From Lachnospiraceae bacterium UBA3386 (GTDB lineage: Bacteria; Bacillota; Clostridia; Lachnospirales; Lachnospiraceae), in NCBI GenBank assembly GCA_002358875.1, contig DEPS01000076.1, forward strand, positions 2,486-57,806: a stretch of DNA of 55,321 nucleotides, read 5' to 3'. The first letter of the stretch is position 1. The number at the start of each line of letters is the position of its first letter. The notes beneath the pieces are model-generated. The model saw nothing but the letters and a program-made list of their open reading frames with translations. It was not told the origin of the DNA and made no database searches. This document shows positions 55,298 through 55,321 of the stretch, piece by piece. The position numbers and the translations under genes are program-made.

Positions 55298-55321
55298 ACC
55301 TTAGATGACGGCAAAAGTAGG

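Overview
Bacterial chromosome segment, most likely Clostridia/Lachnospiraceae-like (inferred from gene content, sigma-A-type promoters and strong SD sites). It starts with housekeeping genes: 5'-truncated glycogen synthase, an exported tyrosine-phosphatase-like protein, a GH13 alpha-amylase and a DAG-kinase-family lipid kinase. The remaining ~50 kb is a surface-glycan locus in three sense-strand blocks separated by two antisense O-antigen-ligase-like (Wzy_C) genes. Block A (5455-18861) has rmlB/rmlD, GT2s, DUF2304, a flippase, a GT2-GtrA fusion and GT-C-like membrane proteins. Block B (20579-39496) is a Wzx/Wzy pathway with a PglC-like/PLP-domain fusion, a DegT aminotransferase, three ATP-grasp proteins, Stealth, a pyruvyl transferase and a MurB paralogue. 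Block C (41447-55297) is a second Wzx/Wzy pathway, AT-richer after the priming transferase, with wecB/wecC, a triply disrupted acyltransferase-3 gene and rmlC. The most interesting observations are: (1) the pyruvyl-transferase plus MurB-like pair, a candidate route to lactyl-ether (1-carboxyethyl) sugars; (2) the PLP/ATP-grasp tailoring module; (3) a dispersed palindromic repeat family that occurs between genes, appears to supply ribosome-binding sites, and sits in frame inside a CDS. I saw no rRNA, tRNA, CRISPR array or transposase. All family calls come from motifs read by eye, not database searches.
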